Notes: generated from the letters alone by a model not told the origin. Shown: positions 25,855 to 38,977, numbered from the stretch's first letter. The stretch is DNA of 64,000 nt from Lama guanicoe (GCA_013239625.1 MU056000.1:1116001-1180000); one strand, 5' to 3'. Numbers and translations: made by a program.

Positions 25855-26007
25855 CTGTAAAAAATAAAAATAGATTGCACCGGCGATCTCCATAAGGCCT
25901 CCTGCAAGCGCACAGAAGCACAGCGTGGCTGGCCTGCCGGCTGCAGCTGCGTGGTCTGGGGCTCGTAATCTCGACTTTCTTTTTCTCCCACATAATTATG
26001 CTGCAAC
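25855..26007 (-). pseudogene. Relic exon
   Basis: tatcttcag acceptor after a 104-nt intron, phase-continuous. LQEALWRS vs GREB1 LLHVWHS. Donor uncertain. Confidence 0.55.
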
Positions 26008-26111
26008 CTGAAGATACATACACTACTTTTGGTTGCGATCGCCCACCTCAGAGGAAGCAAATACAACACCTTTTGAAGTGTAATTTTCTACTTTCAAAAA
26101 ATGATCTTTAC

Positions 26112-26250
26112 CAAAGACAGCCAGCACCACTGACTCCTGAAACTTCAGGAAAGGTGTTAACAGAAGAGATGTCAACCTTGTTGTCATAAAGGATGTGTAT
26201 TTCCAACACAGCATCTTGGAATTAGCTCAACCCTGAAGCACTTCCGATAC
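26112..26250 (-). pseudogene. Relic 139-nt exon
   Basis: ag|..|gtaaag. FQDAVLEIHIL vs GREB1 FQLAVAQKLL. One in-frame TAA. Confidence 0.6.
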
Positions 26251-27102
26251 CTTTTCATAAAAAATAAGTGTTTTAGGAAACAGCTCTAAGTTAAACCTTG
26301 AGTTCCTGCATGTCCCTCTCGGGGCGCCCCGGAGCGGACACCCACGGACCCGCCACTGTGGCCGCAGGAGACCGGCGGTACAGCTGCCCCGCGGGCTGGG
26401 TCTGTGCTGAGAGCTCTTGATGCTGGAGTCCGGACTGGATGAAAGACGAAGGACGCTGGAAGGAGAGTGAGCGAGAGCCGGGGGTACCAGCTGGGGGGCC
26501 TGAGGCCAAGTGCGGAGAATCGTGTGCAAAGGGGTCTTAAGGAGGGAGGGGCTTCTGATTTTGTTTTCCAGTCCCTTTTGACTCTCAGGTTGGTTTTGTT
26601 CATTTTCTGCTGGGAATTTAAATTCGAGGAGAACTGTGGGGTTCTCTGTCCAGACCTGCGTCAGGTTGGCTGCGGCTTGTGGCGTGTCTGCCTCTGCGCC
26701 CAGGCGGGAGGAGAGCCCGGCCCGCTGGGCGGCGTGGCTCCTCCCATCCAGCAGGCCGAGGACGGCTTTTTATAGCCAGGCTGCCTCTTCCGGGCCTTAT
26801 CAGGGTGACGAAAATAACCTCTGAAAGCCCAGGGCCGGACCAGGGGCTGTGGTGGTGGTGGTGTTAACATGTCCCTGGAAAACGAACAGTCTCTTAATGG
26901 GAGGTGCAGCAAGGCTCCCCTGACGACCGCGGCGCCCGCAGCGCCTGGCCAGCCACGTTCGCGGGGGGGGCATTCTGGAGCTGGGCCGTGGGCTTCCTGG
27001 TCCTTCTCCCCCTCCTTCCTTCCTGGCACCGGTCAGCATGCAGGTCAGTCTCTAACTGCTGGACGCAAGTTGGCGCAAGTTGGCCATGATCTCAGCTCTC
27101 AC

Positions 27103-27176
27103 CGAATCCACGCTGCATCATGAAGTGTAATGCATTTTAGTGTGAAAATGGCAGCTCAGCTCTCAATAGTCCTTTC
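27103..27176 (-). pseudogene. Relic 74-nt exon
   Basis: ccag|..|gtgaga. Bridges phase 2 to phase 1 between its neighbours. One TAA. Confidence 0.55.
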
Positions 27177-27950
27177 CTGGCGTGCAAAACCATTTCTCCT
27201 CTTTTAAATGTGTCCGTTCTCAATGAACAGAACATTGAGGGGGATTAAATTTGGTGAACTTGAGGTTTCATTGTTTTGTTTTGTTTTTGTTTTCTTTGAG
27301 CATTGGTTAACTTAACTTCCGAATACTGACAAGATTGTTACGGATGTAACCCAACGTATAAAATTATGCTAAGCTGACTGGCAAATACAAAAAAGGCTTC
27401 GTGGTTTTTCCTGAAGGCCATTTGACCGTGTGAAAAATATTCAAGTATTTAACACGGTGGGCAGAGATCAGTAAGGTGCCTGGTTAGGGAGCGTTCCTCC
27501 CTCATCCGAATAATAAACATTTCACGACGTCTGAGTTGTGACTCTTCTCCAGTTCACACCTTAACTCACTCTGGGGTGTCAGTTACTCTGGGGGTGGGGG
27601 TGGTCTGGGAATCCTGGGCGGGGGTGCACGGCTCCCTGGAGGGCGGCCCTGTGGCCCCCGCTTTAGCGCTGGGCACGGCGGCTCTGGCATTTTTTGGTAT
27701 TTATACAACATTTAAATATTTGCAAACACTGTCAACAAATGGTTAAAGGGGTCGTCTCAGGATGGTGGGACTGTTTCAGCTCTCTCTTCCACTCCTACGC
27801 ATTGTTCAAGTTATTCCAAAGAGCGTGTGCGAATTATACAAACCAGAACAGCAGTGAAGCTGTTTTCACAGTGAGACCAAAAACCCCCCAAAACCCTAAA
27901 CCGAAACAAACACACAAACGAGAACTTTCCAAGCGTCGTCATGAACCGAC

Positions 27951-28675
27951 CTGATGCTCTCCTCAGAACGAAGCTGAGGCCCGCCCTGCCCGAGGGCCCG
28001 CGGGCTGTTCACCTCGCGCTCGCGGGGACCCGGGAGGTGGCTCCCCTTCCTCTGTTCCAGGGCCCCTCGCTCCTGCCGGGAGCAGGGCCTCGGGTGCTGA
28101 GACGTGTGATGCGCCTCCACGCCCCCTTCTGGCCCGGGTCCCTCGGCAGGCTTGGCTACTGTCTGCCCCTTCAGCCGTGCTGTCCCCCCGCAGGTCAGGA
28201 CACTGGGCTGAGAGGGTTCAAGCCCCTGCCCCGCGTCGCCCCAGGAGCTGGAGGGAAGCTGGAGTGACAGCTGTGAGCCTTCTCGGTCTCGGCTCTGGGG
28301 GCACCCGGCAGGGTGGGAGGGCTTCTCCGGGGAGGCAGGGGAGTGGCTGCGGGTCTCTGGGCTGGTGCCACGCGGCTCACCCCTCCAGCGAGCTGGGCCC
28401 CACTGCGGTCCGGGGCGGCCAGCACCAGGCCAGCACGTGCCTTGTTCTGTGAGGACGGGCCCACAGAGATCCTCCAGGGCTATGGAAGTGGGGCTGCATT
28501 CCAGGGGAGGGGCCTCCCACCCGGCAGGAGCTCCCCGCAGGTGGTCGGTCTGCAAGGATGGAGCCCTGACGCCCCACGAACCGGAAGCAGCTGCCCAGAC
28601 AGACAGGACCCGGAGACCAGACAAGGGGTGAAAAGCCAACTACTGGGCTTGAAACTCTTTGCGGGGAAAATCAGG
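27951..28675 (-). pseudogene. Relic 725-nt low-complexity exon
   Basis: tttttattgttcag acceptor. One TAG at codon 12, then open (ORF 27896..28639). P/S/G-rich. Confidence 0.55.
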
Positions 28676-28789
28676 CTGAACAATAAAAACAGAGGAAAAG
28701 ATGCACGGAAAAATCCCACCCGTCCACAGAGGGAGAGGAAAAAGACGGGAGCGCGGAGAGGACACGGAAGGTTTGCCTCTGCTGAGCCG

Positions 28790-31710
28790 CGTGTGTTTCT
28801 GAGTATTTCAGTTCTGTGACGCAATCATGAAAGGAATTGTTTCTTTATTTTTGGTGGGTTCAGGGCAAGCACGTCGAAGCACCTGTCTCCCACGTGGAGC
28901 GGGTGGCCTCCTCCCGCGCCGTCTCCCTTACTTGGACCGGCAGAGGTTTTTGTGAACTCCCTGGAGTTTCCCGCACACGGCGTCTTGCCACAAAGGCAGC
29001 GGCTTCTTTTTCCTTCCCCAGAGGGACGGCTTCTTTCCTTTTTCTTGCCTGATTGCACTGGCTGGACTCTCCGGTCCAGCACTGAACAGAAATCAGGAGA
29101 AGGGACACCCTTGCTTTGTTTCTGGTTTTAGGGAGAAAAGCTTCCAGTCTCTTTAAGTTAGTGAGTGTTAAGATTTCTGTGGCTGTCCTTTATTAAGAAG
29201 TTTCCATCTGTTTCCAGTATTGAGTACTTCTAGTTACGAATGGTTGCTGGATTTCTGAAATCCGCTTCCTGCAGCTATTCAGATGATCATATATTCCCCC
29301 ACTTTATGCTAGCAATGGGCTTGAGTGAATTCGTTCATCTTGGTTATAAAACCACTTTGGTTCCTGGGTCAATTCTCCTTGCTCGTGGTGAGCGACACTT
29401 CCTTTCACGCCGCTGACTTCGGTCCACTGACACTTTGTTGAGAACCTCTGTGTTCATGAGAGATGATGGTCTGAATCTAAGGTGGGTGTTTTATGCAGGG
29501 CATAACTTTGGATCTTGTTTTTCTTGTTCGTATTTTGTTTTGAATCCAGTAAAACAATCTCTGGTTTACGATTGGAATGTTTAACTCATTTACACTTATT
29601 GGATTTATTAATATAGCTGGACTTATTTCTGCCGTCCTGCTGTTTGTTTTCTTCATATCCATGTCCTTTTTGGTCCCCTGTTCTTTCTTAATGACTTCTT
29701 TGTGTATTAAAAAGCCGTTTTCTAATGTTCCATCTTCACTCCTTTTTAATGCTATTTTCCTAGAGAAACACTGCTCTGGGGACTGCAGTATAGGCCTTTA
29801 CTCGTCACAGAGCACTTCATGCTAATACTAACTTAATTTTGGCAAAACATAGACACTTTTTACCCCAAGTAGCTTCATCCCCTTCCTCCGTTGTGCTGTT
29901 ATCATCCGATACTTCATTTCTGCACAGTCTATAATCCCAACGGTGTGGCTTTCTAATTATTGTCTCAAGTTATTATATTTCAAATAACCTCAGGGAACAT
30001 TAGAAAATTATATTTGTACTGTCCTTAGATCTGCTTACATGAGCGCTTTAATGGTCTGCTTTATTCCTTCATGTGCATTCAAGTTTCCCTCTGGTGTCGT
30101 TTCCTTACAGTCTGAACAATCCTTTAGAATTTCTTCTAAGACAGGTTTGCTGGCAGCAAATTCTCTCAGTGTTTCTTTACCTGGGAAAAATTTTTTTCCT
30201 TTTGACTCTTTGAAGAGTATTTTTGCTGACCGTGGAGCGTGTGGCTATCTTGCCCTCTCGGCGCCTCCCGCGTGCCGCCCTCCTCGTGGGAAGCCAGGTG
30301 CCCGTCCCTTCGCAGCTGTCTTGCACTTGCCGCGGCGTTCTCTCCTGCACCTTCTAGGGTTCTGTCTTTTCCCCTGGTTTCCAGCAGCATGGCGGTGCCG
30401 TGTCCCAGGGCGGCGCTCGTCGTGCGCACCTTACTTACAGTCTGTTGAACGTCGTGGGGGCACGGGGTCGCCACCAGACTGGGCAAGTTTTCTGCTTTTG
30501 TCTCTTCAGGCGTTTTTCTGCCATTTCCCACCCTTCCTGAGGGTCCCATTTAGTATATGTTAGTCTGTTTGGCGAAACCCCACAGGATCCTGCTACTTTC
30601 CCTCGCTCTCCTCCTGTTCTGCTCTTCAGATTGAGTGTCTGGTCTTGACCTGCTTTCAAGTCCTGACCTGCCGGTCCGAACGCTGTCGAGGGGTCTTGTC
30701 ACTTGGTTACCGGGCTTTTCGACTCCAGAGCCGTCATTGGATTCTTTTAAATGGTCCCTGTCTCTTTGCTGACATTCTCTAGCTGATGAGTCATTCCCAC
30801 TATGTTGTCACGTAATTCTTGAAAAACGATCTCCTCAGTTCTTGACCACATTCCGTAGGGCTGTTTTAAGGTCCTCGTCTGTGAGTTTCAACACCTGGTC
30901 CTCTCCGCGCGGGTTCCAGTGGCCACTTCTCCCCCCGTGTGTGAATCACATGTTCCAGTTTCGTCGTGTCTCCAAGCGTCTGTCACGACTTTCTGTTCTA
31001 GGTGACACATCGTAGCAACTCAGGGTCACGGACCCCCCTCCCTGGAGGCTGCTGCTGCTGCAGGTTCTGTCTGTTGGCTGGTGGCCTGTCTGGACTAATC
31101 TGCAGATTCTGTTCCCCCTGAAGCGTGTGGCCACTGACATCCCTGCTCAGTTTTTTTTTAATCCTTATTTTTATATTTCAGCCTGGTTTTGCAGGGCTCA
31201 CAGCTTAGCAGTCAGACGGGGACTGGTCAGACCCAGAGGCTGTGCTGAAACACCTAGAGCTAGAAAAGCCCCCGTTCTTTGCTAACGAACTGTCTGTGGG
31301 CTGGGAAAGGGTGAGGAACTGAGTTTATAGAACTTGCTGCACTGTCCGCCTTCTGGTGTTTTTGTTGTGTTTTGTTTTCCCACAGAAATCACTTTCTGTT
31401 GAACACCAGACACCACTCCAAATTCAGGCAGCCTCTCTGGCAGCCACGGGGCTCATGTCCACTGTCCCATCCACACGGGAGGAAGTGGGCCGCCTCGCTG
31501 TGGAGTGGTGGGTGTGGGGTTGGGGACGTCCCGGTAAACACGCGGCACCTCGGGGCTCTCACCTGGGCTTCTTTTCCTTGAATACGTGCCTCTCTATTTT
31601 CGGTGGCCGTTTGTTTGATCCTAAGTGTCCTAGAGTAACATTTCTGACATCGCTGTCCAGATTTGTCACTGCTTTTTGGAGAGATTTGTCTAGCGTCTCA
31701 CCCCACCATC
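28790..31710 (-). mobile_element. Old L1M relic (ORF2/ORF1 fragments)
   Basis: ttcttgcctgattgcactggct, ggacacccttgctttgtttctgg, gcagcaaattctctcagt; T-rich. Confidence 0.8.
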
Positions 31711-32246
31711 CAGGTTAAAATTCAAGATTAAAAACACGTGCTCGTGTTTCTTGCCTGACGTTGCCGCCGCAGCAGGGAGCCGGCGGAAGTGTTGGTGCAT
31801 TATTGTTTGTCCTGAGTCATCTCAGGACTTTCTGGTGTATTTCTCTAGGGAGTCCGATTTTATACAAGACTTTTTCTGGAAATGTGATGTGTTTCAAAGA
31901 ACAAGACATAGAATGGGCACAGTTCAGAGATCCTCAGGCGCCGCGCTAGTTCACGGAGAGCGCGGACTTATTAGGAGTGTTGCCCTGGAAACAAGACGTC
32001 AAGACGTGTGCTTGGAATCCCATGGCATTATCTCAAAGTAGGGTGACCTCCGTGATGCCAGGACTGTCTCTGCCTAGAAGCTCTGCTACGTGGCCGGCGG
32101 CCGCGGCGTGCGCCCTCGGGCGCTGCACTCCCGCCGTTCGTCCCCCGCGGGCTGGGTGCAGAATTCACTGTGCTTTCAAAGTTACCGACAGAGACGCTCT
32201 CCAGACCTACGGGTGTGGGGTCGAGGGACTCAGATCACTTGCTCAC

Positions 32247-32351
32247 CTCATCAGGCACATCGGAAGCCTTTAGTTTGCTCGGGGAGGCCATCCCACCGCA
32301 GAGTCTTCTGCAGGCAGGCCTTGGCCCTTCGCCACTGACACACACGGAGCC
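32247..32351 (-). pseudogene. Relic 105-nt exon
   Basis: ctttttcttag|..|gtgagc. Open only in phase 0. Confidence 0.55.
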
Positions 32352-33004
32352 CTAAGAAAAAGCCATTTTAAAACAGAAGATTCTGTAGAAGTACGGCTCG
32401 TCTTACTGACTTTATGTCTGAATTCAAAAGCTGTGGAAGATCCGCCTGTTTGTAGTTATTTTCTTAATATTTGGAGATAGAAAAACAAGCGTTCATGTTT
32501 TCATTTTCAACGTAATCCTTTTACTGTATCTTACGTTCTTGTTTTGGAAGTAGCTCCTTGAAATAAAAAGTTCTGAAATAGTAAATGAACTAAGAAGCTT
32601 AAAGTCGCCCCTAAAGTCACCACCTGGAGGTAATGCCTGTTAGCAGGTCGAGGTGCCTCCCTGGGGCTTTGTGACGCTGTTCACTTGCTGTCGCTCAGTT
32701 TCAGCTCACGCTGGGCTCACAGCGTTGCTTTCCCTTCAAGAGTCTATCACGATCTTCTGCTGTTTGCAATGCTTTACTACACTTTGCCCAGTTTCAGCAA
32801 CTCCTTTGTCCATAATAATTTTCAGGCTGTCTAAACACTTTCTAGATTAGATACTTAACATAGGGGATGTCTAGGTGAAAACCAGCAAGCGAATCAAAGC
32901 CCTGCTAAGTGCTTCCCAGCGGCCTTCCGGGGACGCTGGCTGGTCTGCGCCCCTCACACGCCTGTCGGCTTGTGGCTGCATAGTTAGCCCTTTGGAAATA
33001 ACCT

Positions 33005-33550
33005 TCATTTTTTAGAATAGTTTAGATCTACAGGAAAACTGTGAAAATAGTTCCGGGAGCCCCCACAGTCCTGCACCTGTCTCTCCTGCTATTCACATTT
33101 TCTACTGGAAAGCCGCGCTGTTCCACTTTGTGAAACCATTTTGCCACATTGTTATTAACTGAAGTTCGCACCTTATTTGGATTTCCTTAGTTTAAACCTA
33201 ACACTCCCTTTGTGTTCTGGGACCCCATCCAGCGCCTCAGGGACCCCATCCAGCGCCTCAGTGCGTCCAGCGCCTCAGGGCGTCCTGGGCCTTAGTGCGT
33301 CCAGGGCCTCAGTGTGTCCAGCGCCTCAGTGCGCCCAGCGCCTCAGGGCGTCCAGGGCCTAAGTGCGTCCAGGACCTCAGTGCGTCCAGGGCCTCAGTGT
33401 GTCCAGCGCCTCAGGGCGTCCTGGGCCTTAGTGCGTCCAGGGCCTTAGTGCGTCCAGGACCTCAGTGCGTCCAGCGCCTCAGTGCGCCCAGCGCCTCAGT
33501 GCATCCAGCACCTCAGTGCGTTCGGTCAGCACGTCTTGGCTCTGTGACAT
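33005..33550 (-). mobile_element. L1MC-like 3' end fragment hosting a minisatellite
   Basis: tttttagaatagtttagatctacaggaaaactg, cattgttattaactgaagt..ggatttccttagttt. Confidence 0.7.
33219..33520. repeat. Minisatellite: 2 x 21 bp followed by 15 x 17 bp (GTGCGTCCAGCGCCTCA consensus)
   Basis: Direct count of adjacent units: 21-mers at 33219-33260, 17-mers at 33261-33515. Confidence 0.95.
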
Positions 33551-35517
33551 TTCACGAAGGATGGAGTAAAATCTTACCAAGGAGTGAAAAGCTCAAGGGA
33601 ACTTTTGGTGGAAACCTCATAAATACGTCTTTAAGAAGTCACCGCCACGGTAAATAAGGTGTCTGGTGGAAGGTCTGTGCTCAGGCCCATCTCCAGTACG
33701 TCTTGTGTGGCTGAATGGCCACCCCGCTGGCCTCTGCATCTGCGACCTGGTGGCCAGGCCTGTGGTGACTGGGATGCCCTGGTCTCATCTCACAGCCCCG
33801 GAGGGAGGTGACAGTGCAGTGGGCCCCGCAGTGACCTGAAGCCCCAGCGGCAGGATGGAAGCCCCGTCCTGCGGGTGGCTGCTGGCCAGCCCTCGGGAGC
33901 CAGCCCACCCGGCGAGGCTCACTCCCCGTCCTCGAAGAGGCTGGGCACCGCGTTCTTAAGCTCAAGTCCTGCGCTTCCACGTCCAGTCTTCCACCTCCCC
34001 CTCGACCCGCACTCATAGGCACTGGCCTTGTCTGCTGACTTATTTTACAGAACTTTCCAGACGAGATCATGGCTGGGGGCGAACATGATGATTTGAAGTT
34101 GCACTTTGAGCTGCTTCCCCACGCCCTGCCCGCACTGTGAGGGTCACACCTACCTCCCTTGTCTTTGCAGTTCGATGCTCTTCACAACCAAAAGCAAAAT
34201 GACGATGCCTCTGATTTCTAGAAATGACTCTTCATGGATGTGCTCTGGGCTGTGCTTTGTCTTTGGTGTCCATCGAGGTCACGGCAAAGTGATTTGTCCT
34301 AACACACCACCAGGCACTGATACTAAGTGAACCAGTGAAGGTCTAACAGGGTTCTAACTGTCGCGCAAAAAAAAGTACTATGCTGTCCCGTGAGCACACA
34401 TCTTGGATTTTTATCTGTCATGACGAGTTTCTAAGAATGTTATTTAGAAAGTGTGTAATGACATAAACTGATTCCTTAAGGATTCTAGAATCAGAGATTG
34501 AAATGTTTAAAAAAAGGGAAGAAACAGGAAATTTTTATCTTATTTCCAAGACACAGCTTGTTTCCAAGAAGTCCTTACCGTCTGAATCTCAGCAGACGTT
34601 TCTGGCACATTTCTTACCTCGGAGGAGACAAGAGAAAATGAAGCTGCACTTCTTACAGAGGCTGCGGGAGAGTTTCAGCCCCTCAGAAATGGCAGGAGGA
34701 ATTCATGCCCTCGCAGAGCAGAAGGGAGATGTGACGTCTCCTTGCTCCCGCTCACGCCGGGCCTGTGCCCCGGCCAGTGGGGGTGACTCTGTCACTGTGT
34801 TTAACGGGCGTCTCTCCCGCAGTGGTTGGTCACACGTGCCGTCTGCTCACAGACACGTCGTTTCCTGGGACGCCTTTCTTCCGTCTTGTGTGTCATGAGC
34901 CCCACAACCCTCTGCATGGGAGTCATCCCTTCACTGGACCCCCCACCGCCGTTCGCTCACAAACTGACCTCTTGGTCCCAGGTTCTGGCGCGGTGCCTGG
35001 CACAGAGCAGGGCCTGCTGCTCTTTTGAGATTGTGAATCACAACGGTAGACGTTTCTGTGAACTGTCGTGGACCAGACACATGAGGCAAGCATGGCCTTT
35101 CCCTTCACAGAAGCCCCAGCTCTGCAGGTAAGGAGGCTGAGGCGCCACCACTGGTCAGGGCAGGACTGGACGTGAGTCCTCCACCGGGAGCGTGGTCCCC
35201 CTCCCCCCCACCGCAGGACCACCTGCTCCATCGCACCCTCCAGACCTCTAGGTCACAAGGCCAAACGTCCCTCGGAGGCCCCTTTCCCTCAGGTGACGTC
35301 ATTTGCATCCAGCTCAGGGTGACCCTCCAGCTTGCTGCCCTCCGTCCTGGGGTCCCCTGCCAGCCGAGCCATTTTGGACTGGCACCCTGTAATTCCTTCG
35401 CCTCCCTGTCCAGCAGCCTTGTCCTACTCCCCATGTGCACCCTTCCTGTGTCCTGGACCCGCTCAGGCCCTCCCCTCCCCAAGTGACACATCTGCACGTT
35501 CGCTCCTTGGATTCCAT

Positions 35518-36032
35518 TGTCGACTGAAACACGACACACAATCTGAAAGTTGAGAGTTACGCTTTATTTGGTGGACTTAGTGGGGACCCGCGCCCGGGAG
35601 GCGGCCGCTTAGGTGCTCTAGGGGACTGTTCTGGAGAAGCGAGGGAGAAACCAGGACGTGCAGGGGTTTTTGCAGCACAGACCAGGTAGCTGGAACGTCA
35701 GAAGGTGACTGTGGATTAAGGAGCAGCAGATACTTCAAGGTAAGGAATTCAGCGCTTTTCCGTATATGGGAAGATGCAGGCATCTGGGCTCCCTGAAGCC
35801 ACCCCTGCGACGTGCACCTGAGCCTCCTGGGGCCAGGGTCCTGTGCCTCCCCAGCCCGAGTCCCCTCGGGGCACCGCCCGGGGCGGCTGCAAAGGCCGGG
35901 CTGCCTGCTTGTCCGCATCCCGAGCTCCCCCTGCTCACAGTCGGGGGGATGGGGGGCAGTGGCAGCGGCTGCTGACTCGAGGGACACGGTGGTCTTTGTT
36001 TCCCGACATGGCTGCTGCATTTCTCATTCACA
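35518..36032 (-). mobile_element. Solo ERV1 LTR (MER41-like, artiodactyl)
   Basis: TG...CA termini, perfect 4-bp TSD CCAT (35514-35517 / 36033-36036), AATAAA on the minus strand at ~35565. Confidence 0.85.
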
Positions 36033-36599
36033 CCATTTAGCGACGCAAAGACGACCCTGCGGTCTTGGTGGACCCGCCCACCCCCCAACCCTCTTCCCTC
36101 TTTGCTTCTTCCTTCTCCGACTCAGCGTCCACGTTCGTCCAAGGGGAGAGCCACCCTCCTGGTCACACATCACACTCCCAGGCGTGCCGCTTTTCCCTGT
36201 GGCATCCGACGAACTGTGGAGGCTGGACACTGGTGAACCCAGCTGCCCCTTCCTGCAGGTCTGCACTTGTGAAGGGCCTTCCAGGGCAGGTGGCGGGAGT
36301 CCCTCACGCGCTCAGGACCACTGGCCTCCGGAGGGCGATGCAGGTCAAGCTGTCAGGGGTCACAGGGGCCACCGGAAATGTCACCCCCGACACAAACAGT
36401 AGTGCCACCTCTGCCCTGTTCCTGTCCTGTCCCCACGCTGTGCCCCCCTCCCCGGGACCCTCCCTGCGGTGGGACTGCTCCCCTCAGGCGGCCTGACGCC
36501 CTGTGGGGTCAGGTCCTCGCCCTGCGGGGCTGGCGGGGGCCCCTGGGGCCACCAGGCGCGCTCGCCTGCTTTCCCTTCCCATTTCCCTTCCTCTCAGAG

Positions 36600-38105
36600 A
36601 AAGCCCCTCACAGACATGCTTGCACTGCATCCTCCCCCTCCTCTCCATGCTTCCTTCTCCAGGGACCCATGCGTTTCCTTCTCCGCATGTAAACTTCGTC
36701 CTTAACGTCTCGATGTCCTTGGCTGGTGGTGGCCCTTTTAACTCCCTGGTCTTCCCGTTACACCTTCTGCTCTGCATATTGGACACGTTAACTTCAGAGT
36801 CCTCTTTCGGTGGTTTGGTCATTTCCATCCCCCCAGGAGTGAATCCCCCTGGCTGGTCGCGCCTGAGCGTGCTGGCGTGTGGCTTCCCGGCTCTCCCTCT
36901 CCACGGCTTGTCGTGGGGTGGCTGGCTTCTCCCTGTCCCCCAAGGCCCCCAGCTCAAAACCCATGTTTCCGGTGCACTTCCTCCTGGTCCGAAGGCTCCT
37001 GACCTAAGCAGCCCCCCCCCCGCCCGCCTGCCCAACCCACCGGTAAGGGCCGTGAGTGAGGGGAGGGCGGCCGCGCCGGACAGCCTTGTTTGGCAAGGGG
37101 AGAGCGGCAGGCAGCCTCTGGCGCAGAGTGCGCCCAGGCCCCGCGGGCGCAGCCCCTCCGCAGCGGGCCGGGCCTGCCCCCGGGGCTCCCGCTTCTGCCC
37201 CCGCCCCAGGACGTGGGCCGGCCTTGTGCCTGGCAGCGTTCCGGGCCTCTTCACTCTGGGGGACCCCGAAGTCCTCTCTGCGCTGTGACTCTCTGCCATT
37301 GTCAGTCAAGGATATTCACTCCCTCAAAACCTCCGTGGGGTTTTATGTTTCAGCTCATAATCCCTTCCATGAGGCCGAAGACACAGTCACAGACCTACTT
37401 AATTTATTCAACGTTGGATCCCCGGAGGCTGCAGAGACGGTGCTCCAAGGGTCTTGGAAACACTGGCGTCGGGCTTAAAGGGCCTGTGAGACAAGCCCCC
37501 GAGCTTTTCTGCTTGGCAGAGGCCTCCAGGTTTAACCTCCTTGAGTCTTCCTGATACCGTATTGAGGCGTTTACAGCCCGCCTTGACTTCTGTGAGGCCG
37601 GGTTTGAACGGCAGGGCTCTTGGCGTGGTCTCTGCCTGGAGGCCCCCGCCCGGGGGAGAACCTCTGCCGGCCGTGAAGACCACGCCGGGCCCTTCAGGAG
37701 GCGCGGCCAGTCCAGCCGAAGACTAGGCAGACGGTCGTCAGTCCCTGCCCCCCCCCCCACGTTGTTTCACGGGCAGCAGAACGAAGGCAGGTGGCTCTTC
37801 AAGTCTGGCCCAGAAGTTTCCTCAGTGAGACCGTCAGCCTGTGGGTATGTTTTCCACGACCTGTGTTACCACAGGCCACGGTGCTGCCAAGTTTCTGCCG
37901 CCATCTGACAGCTCTCCTTCCCTCGGGCTTGCAGCAGCATTCTCGTCGCTTCCATTAAGGCCCTTCCAACAGCCTCGCGCGGGCCGCTCAAACTTCCGCC
38001 TGGCGTCTGGCCGCAGAACCCGGGTCACATGGTTTGGGTTTAGTTCTGGCGCCTCCCGCCTCCTGGTACCAGGTCTCTATTGCTAAGGAACGATCTCTCC
38101 AACAT
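36600..38105 (-). pseudogene. Candidate large degraded low-complexity exon
   Basis: cttttacacccgtag acceptor; chain of broken minus-strand ORFs with no recognisable repeat. 3' end unknown. Confidence 0.35.
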
Positions 38106-38977
38106 CTACGGGTGTAAAAGCACCGACTCTTACTCCGGCCCCAGAGTCTGCGGGTCAGAAATTCTGGACGGGCTTGGCTCCGTGCTTCCCGAGTGGGGCC
38201 GCGCACGTGGCTGCGATCAGACACGTGAGAGCTCAGCTGGGCCGGACATCCCAGCGGCCTCACTCGGGCTGGAAGATACTTCCAGCTGGGCTCGTAGGCA
38301 GACTGCAGCGTGTGCAGGGATGGTGGCTCCTGGTGGCCTGGGCTGCTCGCAGCGAGGTGGCCGAGCTCCCAGAAGGAGCGCCGAGCAGAAGCGTCTGGGA
38401 GTGAGCGAGCCTGGAGACCAAGGCCGAGGCTGCGGTCTGTCCTCAGTCGGCCCCGGAGTCACGCTCTCTTCCGTCTGCACGCGCTTTCAGTTAATAGACC
38501 CGTGGTCAACCCCAAGCTCTGGAAAGAACGTGGCCCATCTCTAAGGCATCCGCCAAGCTCAGCTTGCCTTTCCTCAGGGGCCTTCTCTGACCTCCCTGGG
38601 CAGGGAAGCTCTGCCGTGACGGGGCCGGCATCCTGCACGCCTCCCCAGAGCCGCCCGGGGGCGCGGGTCTGCCTTTGCCTTTACCTGCGATTGCGTGACG
38701 GCGCGTTTCCCCCCCGGACTCTGACGCCTTAAAGGACACAACCTTACTTTGCCCTTAGCTTCTGTGCCTCAGCTTCTCGCAGAGCGCCTGGCAGACGTCA
38801 AGCGCTCGGGAGCCACTTCTGAAGAACGGATGGATGTGCTTGGAAATACTCAGGGAAGAGTCCTAGGAGTGTTCCTTGTGACGCCCTCTTGCCGCCCTCC
38901 TCCTGCTCCGCTGTCTCTGGCTCATCTCTGCGATCCTGGTCTGTGTCACCTCCCTCCTGCATCCACGTCTTGCTCAC

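Noticed and set aside
25855-27176. TEX14 pseudokinase similarity (VGEKE, PRCASVRL)
   Set aside because: Motif spacing and domain order are inconsistent, and no further kinase motifs follow.
33219-33520. CRISPR-like array
   Set aside because: Units are directly adjacent with no unique spacers, there are no cas genes, and the context is mammalian. It is a minisatellite.
34575-34665. Additional minus-strand exon (two gtaag donors)
   Set aside because: No motif match or phase support. Left uncalled, as was a similar candidate at ~13600-13697.
36503-37288. 261-aa plus-strand ORF as a gene
   Set aside because: GC-rich antisense shadow of the putative minus-strand relic exon; no recognisable domain.
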